64,000 nt of DNA, from the NCBI GenBank assembly GCA_964595645.1, contig CAZQQT010000007.1, positions 32,001-96,000 of the forward strand, written 5' to 3'. The number at the start of each line of letters is the position of its first letter. Within the stretch, counting starts at the first letter, position 1. This document shows positions 37,880-46,238 of the stretch, one piece after another. A program made the translations under genes and the position numbers. Under the pieces are notes generated by a model. The model searched no databases. It saw only the letters and a program-made list of their open reading frames with translations, and was not told where the DNA came from. The stretch is from an uncultured Thermococci archaeon. Lineage in GTDB: Archaea; Methanobacteriota_B; Thermococci; Methanofastidiosales; B48-G16.

Positions 37880-38704
37880 TTACAAAAACTCCAAAACTCG
37901 CTTAATTACATCGCCAGTAAATGTCCAGTGAGCTACCTTTTGTCCCCAGTTCCCGTATATTATGGATGTGAGGATAATACATACCAAAATAAATATGTAT
38001 ATGTAGTCCAACATACCGAATTTCCATGTCTTTCGAGAAACTCTCTTGAAGCCGCTTCTAAATCCTCTTGACTCCATAGAAGCTGCCATTAGTTCCGAGT
38101 GCCGCATGGATGACTTTATGGCGGGTATTAACAACGGGATCCAAGCTTTTCCCTTTTTTATGGGATTTCGAGTTTTAATTGCCCATCCTCTAGCTTGTTG
38201 TGCATCCCGTATGTCTCTCAATTCATCAATGAATACCGGTATATAGGAGAGACCTATACCTAAGGCAAGTACCAGAGAGTCAGGAAGTTTTATTTTATGG
38301 AGAGCATCTACCAACTCTGATACTGGAATCACCTCTGTCAAACATGCCATCATCAATAGGATGGTAAGAAACCTAAGTACGAGTTGCAGGCTAAAGGTGA
38401 TCCCATCTAACGTAACCAAAAGATAGTTGCTAAAAAGGTAGAACTGGTATTCCTCGTTGAAAAGCGGGTGGGAATGGGGGTAATATAGGAGGTTTGCTAT
38501 AAACAAAAAGGCCACTAACAAACCTACCGTAAAGGTGAGTGGCCCCAATACCTTCTTTAAGCTAACATTTCTTAAATAAATCACTGAAGCTAGTGGAGTC
38601 ACCATCAGGAGCAGGACCCACAAGACATCATAAACCATAATTCCGGCGAAAAAAACAACGACATATAGAAAGATTAACGTTCTGGGATCAAATTTAGCTT
38701 TCAT
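37880..38704 (-). CDS. ecfT: ECF transporter T component
   Basis: FDPRT, AQQARG, SMESRGF. Confidence 0.93.
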   Translation of the reverse strand: MKAKFDPRTLIFLYVVVFFAGIMVYDVLWVLLLMVTPLASVIYLRNVSLKKVLGPLTFTVGLLVAFLFIANLLYYPHSHPLFNEEYQFYLFSNYLLVTLDGITFSLQLVLRFLTILLMMACLTEVIPVSELVDALHKIKLPDSLVLALGIGLSYIPVFIDELRDIRDAQQARGWAIKTRNPIKKGKAWIPLLIPAIKSSMRHSELMAASMESRGFRSGFKRVSRKTWKFGMLDYIYIFILVCIILTSIIYGNWGQKVAHWTFTGDVIKRVLEFL

Positions 38705-40434
38705 TGTTTATCACCGCCCAATACTGTTTTAATATAATCAGCCATTTCCTCCACCCTCAACACGTTCTTGGGCAACCATTGATCCAATTTTTGACCCAAT
38801 GTAGTCACTGGAGGTGGATGAAGGTTAGTACTTTTTAATGTATCTCCGTGTGAAAATACCTCTCTGGTACGCCCATCTAGTAATATTTCTCCTTCTTTCA
38901 TAACAATTAGTCTATCGACCCATTTCGCACACAGTTGCATATCATGTGTTATCACGATACAAGTAATGCCTCTATTGTTGTATTCTTTTACAAGTTTCAT
39001 TATCTCATCGCCACGGAGGTAATCCTGGCCCGTTGTCGGCTCATCAACTATTAATACTTCCGGCTCCATGGCTATCACTGAGGCAACGGCTACACGGGTT
39101 CTCTCTCCTAAGCTTAAGCTGAACGGATCCACATCTAAAAAATCAGAAATCTCCATCCGATTGGCAGCCATTTCTACTACCCTTTTAACTTCTTCTTCGG
39201 AGTGTCCTACATTTTCAGGCCCAAATGCTAACTCCTCTCTTACTTTATCTTTGAATATCTGATCGTCTGGATTTTGGAAACAGTAGCCAACAGTAGTGGC
39301 CATCTCATCCGCCCTAAAATTTTTAGTATCTTGTCCCTTCACATAAACCGTACCTTTAGTAGGATATAGCAGGGCATTGAAATGTTTTACCAAGGTTGTT
39401 TTGCCTGAACCATTTTGGCCTACAATACCCACAAACTCTCCTTTTTTTACTGTTAAAGAGCAATTTCTCAGGGCTTCGGTACCATCTGGATATGTGTGGC
39501 TGATATTTTCAGCTTTTATCACCGTTTTTGTGGAAGGAGGTTCTTTTTTATCTTCTATAGGTTTTACTTTCACGTCTCGTTCTTTTAATAGCGGCTGTAG
39601 ATACGTAACCATTTCATCTACGGTGATGGGAACTTCATTGAATTCGATTAAATCTTTGAGCTCTTCCCACAACAACACCATCTGGGGGACTCTCACGCCA
39701 ATTTTGGTAAGCTCTTTTGTGTTTCGTAAGATTTTTTGAGGTGGTCCGTTAAAAACAATTTTTCCTTCATCCATCACAACCATCCTATTGACAAGAGGCG
39801 CTAATGTATCAATCTTGTGCTCTACAAGAACGACTGTCATATCCTGGGCAGATTTTAACGTTCTTATCACAACATCAAAAACTCTAGAACTCCCAATTGG
39901 ATCAATATTGGAAGTGGGCTCATCCAAGATCATTATGTTTTGTTTAGATGCTAAAAGAGCAGCAATGACGCATAATTGTTGCTCTCCTCCAGATAGGGTA
40001 TGAGGATTCTTGTCTCTGTATTTAATTAGTCTTACCTCTCTCATTTGCTTTTCCACTTCTCTATTTGTTATCTCCGGAGGGGTACCGAAGTTTTCAAGGC
40101 TAAAGGCAATTTCATCTTCGACTGTAGGACAAATCAACTGACTCGCTGCGTCCTGACCAATATAGCCAATAATCGGTGACAGTTCACCCATGGTAGAAAA
40201 ATCCTCAATAGTAGACTTGCCATCGACGAAAACATTACCTGTGTATTTCCCCTCAAAAAAGTGGGGGACGGCACCGTTTATCAGTCTGCATAATGTTGTT
40301 TTCCCTGCACCGGCCGGTCCTGTAACTAACAGAACGTCTCCTTCATTTAGCTGCAAGGTAACATCATCTATAGCTATCCTTTCCCCTTCACCATAACTAA
40401 AACTAACATTGCTTATCTGGATTCTTTGCTTCAT
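38701..40434 (-). CDS. ECF transporter fused A-A' ATPase
   Basis: Two Walker A motifs (GPAGAGKT, GQNGSGKT), LSGGE, DEPT x2. Confidence 0.93.
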   Translation of the reverse strand: MKQRIQISNVSFSYGEGERIAIDDVTLQLNEGDVLLVTGPAGAGKTTLCRLINGAVPHFFEGKYTGNVFVDGKSTIEDFSTMGELSPIIGYIGQDAASQLICPTVEDEIAFSLENFGTPPEITNREVEKQMREVRLIKYRDKNPHTLSGGEQQLCVIAALLASKQNIMILDEPTSNIDPIGSSRVFDVVIRTLKSAQDMTVVLVEHKIDTLAPLVNRMVVMDEGKIVFNGPPQKILRNTKELTKIGVRVPQMVLLWEELKDLIEFNEVPITVDEMVTYLQPLLKERDVKVKPIEDKKEPPSTKTVIKAENISHTYPDGTEALRNCSLTVKKGEFVGIVGQNGSGKTTLVKHFNALLYPTKGTVYVKGQDTKNFRADEMATTVGYCFQNPDDQIFKDKVREELAFGPENVGHSEEEVKRVVEMAANRMEISDFLDVDPFSLSLGERTRVAVASVIAMEPEVLIVDEPTTGQDYLRGDEIMKLVKEYNNRGITCIVITHDMQLCAKWVDRLIVMKEGEILLDGRTREVFSHGDTLKSTNLHPPPVTTLGQKLDQWLPKNVLRVEEMADYIKTVLGGDKQ

Positions 40435-40478
40435 TTGCTGCTCCTCCTAAAAAATAATTATTTTCTATTTCTAATTCG

Positions 40479-40685
40479 CTATTCCTTCTTGTGTACTTTG
40501 TTTAGAACATAGGCCACAACACAAATCAATGCGATAGTCAGCACCGCACCTAACCATTTATATTGTTCCAGCAACGTGCTCTGAAGTTCACCAGATGCAA
40601 CATATCCTTCCAAAAGCCAGTACACTGCTCCAATGATAGCCACTATTACCAACAAGAGTACAGCGTATGTTGTATTCTTTTCCAT
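40479..40685 (-). CDS. Small two-TM membrane protein
   Basis: GGAGG RBS; lies between the ECF S and A genes. Confidence 0.7.
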   Translation of the reverse strand: MEKNTTYAVLLLVIVAIIGAVYWLLEGYVASGELQSTLLEQYKWLGAVLTIALICVVAYVLNKVHKKE

Positions 40686-40687
40686 AC

Positions 40688-41332
40688 TTATCTCCCTCCA
40701 GGCCATCTCCAGTTTGGTTCTGGTGTTTTGCCACCAGGCGAGATTGCTCTAACCAAGACCACCACGAGAGTAGCTTGGACGCCTATCCATATTAAACAAG
40801 CTCCACTTGTCCAAGCGAAGACGTACGTGGGCCAAAAGGGCCAGTATCCCATAACATTCGCAGCCATATACATTAGCACAGTGAGGAAAATGGCAAAGAA
40901 AATACTGTACACTACGTAAATCACTGGGATCTTTACCTTCCAAGAAGCTTTCCATAGTTTCAAATCTTTCCATATGAAAGCCATTATTGGCGCTGCAATA
41001 CCGTTACCAAGCCAGACCATAGGAGGGAAAGGCGTAGGGAGGCCCCCCATGATCGATATTATGAACGAAACTATGGGCCCATATGCAAATGCAGTGAAAA
41101 CATAGATAGCTTCTCTGATATCAATGACAAATCCAGGAACTGGCATCGGAATGACAAGCCCTAATGCTCTCCACGCAAAACACAATCCTCCAAGCGTTGC
41201 AGCAATGGCAATTTGCCGTGTTGTCAAAAGGGGTCTCTTCTTCGTTGAATTTTTGTTTTTATCTACCGCTGCCCCTATGGCGGCTCCAACTACTCCACCT
41301 AGGAGCAACCCGACTAACGTTTTTTTACTCAT
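40688..41332 (-). CDS. ECF transporter S component
   Basis: TTRQIAIAA..., IPMP, AFAYGP; operon context. Confidence 0.8.
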   Translation of the reverse strand: MSKKTLVGLLLGGVVGAAIGAAVDKNKNSTKKRPLLTTRQIAIAATLGGLCFAWRALGLVIPMPVPGFVIDIREAIYVFTAFAYGPIVSFIISIMGGLPTPFPPMVWLGNGIAAPIMAFIWKDLKLWKASWKVKIPVIYVVYSIFFAIFLTVLMYMAANVMGYWPFWPTYVFAWTSGACLIWIGVQATLVVVLVRAISPGGKTPEPNWRWPGGR

Positions 41333-41375
41333 ATATTTCACCGGCATAAATCGTGAGGCTAATATTTTTAAACCT

Positions 41376-41398
41376 TTGTTGACATAGCATGTTTACAA
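41376..41398. promoter_or_regulatory. Putative operator between the Lrp gene and the ECF operon
   Basis: TTGTTGACAT-AGC-ATGTTTACAA, 8/10 inverted repeat. Confidence 0.4.
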
Positions 41399-41399
41399 G

Positions 41400-41966
41400 A
41401 TGATAAAAATGAGAAAAAAATTTAACATTTGTAACACAACACTCTATAAAGGTGAAGAATTTATTAATGAATTACTAAAAAATCCTAAACAAACGTTTTC
41501 CAAGTTGGCGGAGAAATTTGATACATATAGGCAGAATATATGGCGAAAAATAAAGAGGTTAGAGAAAGAAAAAGTAATCTGGGGATACACTACAGTAATA
41601 GATGATGAAAAAATAGGGTGGAAAACTTTTGTAATTCTAATGAAAGTAAAGCCATTCACCGAAGAAGTAGCAACACTTCAGATAAAGAGGCAAAAAGAGA
41701 AAATACCAGAAAGGGATGGTGTCAGAATTATAGAGTGTCTTTACGTGAATGGTCCTTACCAGTGCATAAATATTTTTGCTGCAAAGGATCTGGTTACTGC
41801 GCAGAGGTACTATGACACTCTACGTGGCATATATGCAGATGCCCTAGAAGAAAAGCCAACACTTATGGATGTAACGTTTGCATCAATAAAACACGGGAAG
41901 ATAAATCCTGAAATAGAGAAACTCAAAAAATTTGTTCCAATAGAAGACCAAGAATCTGAAAAATAA
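41400..41966 (+). CDS. Lrp/AsnC-family regulator
   Basis: FSKLAEK, WRKIKRLEKEKVIWGYTTVID..KIG. Confidence 0.85.
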   Translation: MIKMRKKFNICNTTLYKGEEFINELLKNPKQTFSKLAEKFDTYRQNIWRKIKRLEKEKVIWGYTTVIDDEKIGWKTFVILMKVKPFTEEVATLQIKRQKEKIPERDGVRIIECLYVNGPYQCINIFAAKDLVTAQRYYDTLRGIYADALEEKPTLMDVTFASIKHGKINPEIEKLKKFVPIEDQESEK

Positions 41967-41983
41967 AAGAACTATAGAACTTC

Positions 41984-42002
41984 ACTCCTTTCTGAAAGGA
42001 GT
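41984..42002. other. Perfect 19-bp palindrome
   Basis: ACTCCTTTC-T-GAAAGGAGT; function unknown. Confidence 0.4.
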
Positions 42003-42095
42003 TATACGGAAGTGCTCTGGAGATTCGTAACTGTCGGAGAGAAAGACACATTTTATAATGATGGTTAATGCCTCCCTCTTACCTATTTGAGTATT

Positions 42096-42183
42096 TCTTT
42101 ACAAGTTTTTTCATCACGTAACGAAAAGTTTATAAATAAGGATTTGCATAATACGTATATGAAACAAAAAATGTTGTTTTGTA
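42096..42183. repeat. Promoter module copy 3
   Basis: See 30262-30349; here the ATG opens only a 13-aa stub, MKQKMLFCTICLR*. Confidence 0.9.
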
Positions 42184-42204
42184 CGATCTGCCTAAGGTGA
42201 GAGA

Positions 42205-42696
42205 ATGGCAATTTTTGGACTGATAGCAGTTGGGTTCCTCGGTATCGGCTACTTTCTATACTACTCGCTGAAAGCACTGGCATGGGTTATCTCAACATTT
42301 TACAACACGTACTCCGCATCCACTAAAGAGAAAACGGAACGGCAGAAACAGAAGTACAGGGACAAAGTCAATGAGGAGTTCGGGAAGACATCCCGACGCA
42401 AATCCACGAGAACACGATCCCACTATAAAAAGACGTATTCATCACACTCATATCATAGTACAAAATCGAGAGTTGCATCACAATCTCATCGTAGTACAAA
42501 ATCGAGGGTGGCGAAGGCACTCCATCTCCTTGAAATCTCACGGAAAGCATCCATAAAAGAGATAAAACGTGCTTACAGAAAGAAAGCGAAGAAGTACCAT
42601 CCCGATACAAACGGTGGTCATACAACAAGAAAATTCATCGAACTCACCAACGCGTACAAGCTCCTCCTCACACTTAAAAAACAGGGGGCGATCTAA
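42205..42696 (+). CDS. Membrane-anchored J-domain protein
   Basis: N-terminal TM; EIKRAYRKKAKKYHPD...AYKLL; internal repeat STKSRVA x2. Confidence 0.85.
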   Translation: MAIFGLIAVGFLGIGYFLYYSLKALAWVISTFYNTYSASTKEKTERQKQKYRDKVNEEFGKTSRRKSTRTRSHYKKTYSSHSYHSTKSRVASQSHRSTKSRVAKALHLLEISRKASIKEIKRAYRKKAKKYHPDTNGGHTTRKFIELTNAYKLLLTLKKQGAI

Positions 42697-42966
42697 ATGG
42701 GTACACTCACGGATCTCATCGTCGACGTCATCTCACGAAACTTAATCAGATCGAAAGGAGAACGCCGGATAGAAGGGCAGACCGCTGCGATGCTTCAGGC
42801 GCTCAACGAGGAGAGAACCGCGCAGGGAAAACCACCAATTGTTGTTGAACAGCGAGAAGGATGGGTCACAAAAGTGGCGAGAGGGTTGGCAACGTTCTTC
42901 ATCGTGCTGCTGTGTGTGCTGATTATTCTCCTCATGATCGCCGCCAAAGTGTTAGTCGTTCCGTGA
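42697..42966 (+). CDS. Tail-anchored hypothetical protein, paralog of 30704
   Basis: DLIVDVISR...SKGERR; C-terminal TM helix. Confidence 0.7.
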   Translation: MGTLTDLIVDVISRNLIRSKGERRIEGQTAAMLQALNEERTAQGKPPIVVEQREGWVTKVARGLATFFIVLLCVLIILLMIAAKVLVVP

Positions 42967-43011
42967 TCAAGAAAAATTGAGGTACAGTATGCGAGTAATG
43001 AGGTGAAAAAC

Positions 43012-43140
43012 ATGGGATGTAAATGGATAGACAACAGAGAATGTCCTCGGGAGAATCCCACCAAAGGAGAGTGTACCAACTGTCTCCTCGCCTTAGTACA
43101 TGAGGATCTCTGGAAGATTGCAGGAAGTAGTATTGTATAA
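43012..43140 (+). CDS. 42-aa Cys-rich peptide
   Basis: GAGGTGA RBS; MGCKWIDNRECPRENPTKGECTNCLL... Confidence 0.55.
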   Translation: MGCKWIDNRECPRENPTKGECTNCLLALVHEDLWKIAGSSIV

Positions 43141-43256
43141 GAACTGTAGTCGTAGAAATCTAATTCAGAAAATTTAATAAGTATGCAAAAAATGTGTATG
43201 TGAGTGATAGGAATGGAAGAAAAGTATGAAATCAGGGATGTGAGAAGTGTTAAAGT

Positions 43257-46238
43257 TTGGATGACGATATCAAATTCAACCTAAATTATTTTGATGGTGG
43301 ACACACACATCACGTTCTTAATAAAAGGGGTTATAAAGAGATTAAATTGAATCAAGACCCTCAGTTAAAGAGAAAATTTATCAATTGGTGTAAGACTAAT
43401 GATTTACCCGAACTGCTTGAAAGAGTAAAAGACCTTGATAAAGGAAAAGAAAGAAAGGATATTATACTCTTAGTACCTCCAAATTACGGTCCGTCCGAAG
43501 AATATCATTTACTGGGAGCATCCTCGTTTTCGAAGAGATACACTGAAGAAATGAATAGCAGGATAGAAACCACTGGATACATGTACTCGGGTTGGAATTA
43601 CAGTATTAAAGAAGAGAAGAAAAAACATCTCTCCGTGCCCTTCCGGTTATATGTAGGTGAGAAGAAAAAGGTAAAGGGCTATTTCCGTGTAGTTGACTTT
43701 TGGACTGATATTGAAGAAGATAAAGACTTAGAGAAGACATTAAATGATGAAAACTGGAGAGATCATTTTCGTGATGATGAACCTACTATAGATCCTACTC
43801 AGTGGAACAGTACCCATGAAGAAATGTGGAAAACAAGAACGATCTTCAAATATGACAAAGTCGAAAGATTCTCAGAAGAAAAAGACCTAAGTGAGTTTGA
43901 AAATATTGAAGGCGAAACACCTCAATTCTATCAAAAAGGATTTGACGTAATTTGTGAAAAGAAAGAGGAGGGAAGAAAGATGGATAAAGATATGAATATT
44001 ATAGGCGTAGTGGCTAAAGTTGCATGGTCTCATAACAGATGGAAGGGGTTTGATGAGGAGGGATATCGAAAAAGAGAAAATTATAACTATAAATTTGTGA
44101 GAATAAGCGGTCACGCCCATGAATGGTGGGGATTTTATGAAGATTTCGATAAAGATTACTACTATGGACATGTGGCGATGAGTGAAAGAACACCTAAGAA
44201 AAAGTTTAAAGACGCCTTAATACCTGTTATATCATATAACATTAATAATCGGGAGTTCTATCTTGTAGGTTTTTTTGGAAATGCAAAATTTACTGGAGAA
44301 AAATATAAAACAGAAACGAAAATGAAAAAACTACTCTCAGAAGACTGTATTGATAGTTTGCCACAAATTGCTGATAAATTTGATCAGGAGGATTGGAAGG
44401 ATGCTGCAGAACGTATGAGAGACTTTATAAAAAACAAAATAAAGTATGACGGGAATATTAAAGCACCGAAAAAATTTTCTACAGTATTTGAAGAGGAAGC
44501 ATATATTAAAATCGATCCACAGGAGGATCTAACCGTGGGGAGACTCGGACAGGCTCCCTACATGTACATCGGACATACCGAAACAGTCCCTCCAGAAAAT
44601 GTTCATAAGTTACTGCTTAAAGCAAAAGAAAGACACGAGACGATCTTAAAAAATACTCAAGATGTAAATAAGGAGGAAGAAATTGAGGAGATAATTGAAA
44701 AAATTGATCGTGTGGTAGATAAATACTTTTCCGAAGTGGAAAGAACTGCAGGACCCATAAATTATTACCTTGAAGTCTCTGCAGCGCCTTGGCAGGGTCC
44801 GATAGGAAAAATATTGGAAACAGGAGTAGATAGTAAATACAAAATGATGCAGGAATTAACTCCTGGAGACGTTGTAATTCATTATAGACCAAGCAGAGTA
44901 AGAAAGTATCCCCAACGATTTGTTGGCTATTCGAAAGTTAAGAAGAGCGCAAAAACATTTAGTAGAGATGAATTGGTGCAATTTTTAAAGAATCGTGACA
45001 TTTTGAGTGAAAAGTATAGAGAATTTGCAGAAGAAGGTGTTCTAAGCTATGATAAAGCTTGGATAGTGGAATTAAAAGATTTTAAAGAATTTAAAAATGA
45101 GAAAAAACCAAGCTACCACACTGTAAAAGATCAACTTGGATTTAAGGTTACTGAAGGCTACCTTCATTCGTTAGATAAAGAAATTGCTGAAGGAATAATT
45201 AATCTAAGCGATCTAAAAGAACCGAACGAGAGAAAGGAAAAATGGAAAGACAAAAAACAAGATCTTGGCTACGAGATAGAGAGAAAATTCACTATCAATG
45301 GCCTATTTTTCCCCGAAGGAGAAAGGGAGACTCTTGAAAAACAGATCACTACGGCAATAAGAAACAGGAAACATATCATTCTCATTGGAGCTCCTGGAAC
45401 GGGAAAATCAAAGCTGGCAAAGGAAATTTGTGAATTCTATGTGGGGAATAAAAACTACATTATGAGTACTGCAACGTCTGACTGGTCAACGTTTGATACG
45501 ATCGGTGGGTACCATCCTGACAAAGAAGGAAAACTGAATTTCAAAAGTGGTATATTCTTGCGATGTTTCAGGGACAGTGAAACTCTTAACCCTGAGGATC
45601 GATGGTTAATAATAGATGAAATAAATCGGGCGGACATAGATAAAGCGTTCGGTTCATTATTCTCAGCCCTTACTGGAGACACCATCACACTGCCATTTGA
45701 GGTTGCAGATGAACAGATAGAGGTCGTAGGAGATCCAAATGATGACGATGAGATTCAAGGGAACAAATTCATAATCCACCCAGACTGGCGGATTATCGCG
45801 ACGATGAACACCTATGACAAAGCTTCACTCTATGAAATGAGTTACGCATTTATGAGACGGTTTGCGTTTGTTCCTGTAGATGTCCCCAATGAAATTGACG
45901 AAGATCTAATTCGAGAATATTTAGACATTTGGCATCTTGAAAGAGAGGAAAACGCTGAGTTAGTTGATAAAGTAACGAAGCTGTGGAAAACTATCAACAA
46001 CTCCAGGAAAATAGGTCCGGCGATCATTAAAGATATCTATGAGTACCTCACTGAAGAGGATGATCTCACCAGCGCCGTGATCATGTACGTGTTGCCACAG
46101 TTTGAGGGATTGCCAGAGGACAAAATATGCACCTTTGTGGATGAGTTAGATATTATTGAAGCAAAAGATGAACTCATAGATTTCTGCGTGGATTTCTTTG
46201 GAATTGCACGAGAAAAATTCAAAAAATCATCTGAGTGA
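43257..46238 (+). CDS. mcrB: McrB-family AAA+ GTPase with a long multi-domain N-terminus
   Basis: GAPGTGKS, IIDEINRADIDKAFG, TMNTYD, FMRRF; EVE-like MQELTPGDVVIHY. Confidence 0.88.
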   Translation: MDDDIKFNLNYFDGGHTHHVLNKRGYKEIKLNQDPQLKRKFINWCKTNDLPELLERVKDLDKGKERKDIILLVPPNYGPSEEYHLLGASSFSKRYTEEMNSRIETTGYMYSGWNYSIKEEKKKHLSVPFRLYVGEKKKVKGYFRVVDFWTDIEEDKDLEKTLNDENWRDHFRDDEPTIDPTQWNSTHEEMWKTRTIFKYDKVERFSEEKDLSEFENIEGETPQFYQKGFDVICEKKEEGRKMDKDMNIIGVVAKVAWSHNRWKGFDEEGYRKRENYNYKFVRISGHAHEWWGFYEDFDKDYYYGHVAMSERTPKKKFKDALIPVISYNINNREFYLVGFFGNAKFTGEKYKTETKMKKLLSEDCIDSLPQIADKFDQEDWKDAAERMRDFIKNKIKYDGNIKAPKKFSTVFEEEAYIKIDPQEDLTVGRLGQAPYMYIGHTETVPPENVHKLLLKAKERHETILKNTQDVNKEEEIEEIIEKIDRVVDKYFSEVERTAGPINYYLEVSAAPWQGPIGKILETGVDSKYKMMQELTPGDVVIHYRPSRVRKYPQRFVGYSKVKKSAKTFSRDELVQFLKNRDILSEKYREFAEEGVLSYDKAWIVELKDFKEFKNEKKPSYHTVKDQLGFKVTEGYLHSLDKEIAEGIINLSDLKEPNERKEKWKDKKQDLGYEIERKFTINGLFFPEGERETLEKQITTAIRNRKHIILIGAPGTGKSKLAKEICEFYVGNKNYIMSTATSDWSTFDTIGGYHPDKEGKLNFKSGIFLRCFRDSETLNPEDRWLIIDEINRADIDKAFGSLFSALTGDTITLPFEVADEQIEVVGDPNDDDEIQGNKFIIHPDWRIIATMNTYDKASLYEMSYAFMRRFAFVPVDVPNEIDEDLIREYLDIWHLEREENAELVDKVTKLWKTINNSRKIGPAIIKDIYEYLTEEDDLTSAVIMYVLPQFEGLPEDKICTFVDELDIIEAKDELIDFCVDFFGIAREKFKKSSE

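Noticed and set aside
42141-42168. dif/Xer-like site GATTTGCATAATACGTATATGAAACAAA (also near 30307)
   Set aside because: The CAT-to-ATG spacing is one base short of a dif site and the arms match poorly; it is better explained as the start region of a leaderless gene
42437-42512. 36-bp tandem duplication in the J-domain gene
   Set aside because: Only two diverged in-frame units in a low-complexity linker; not an array
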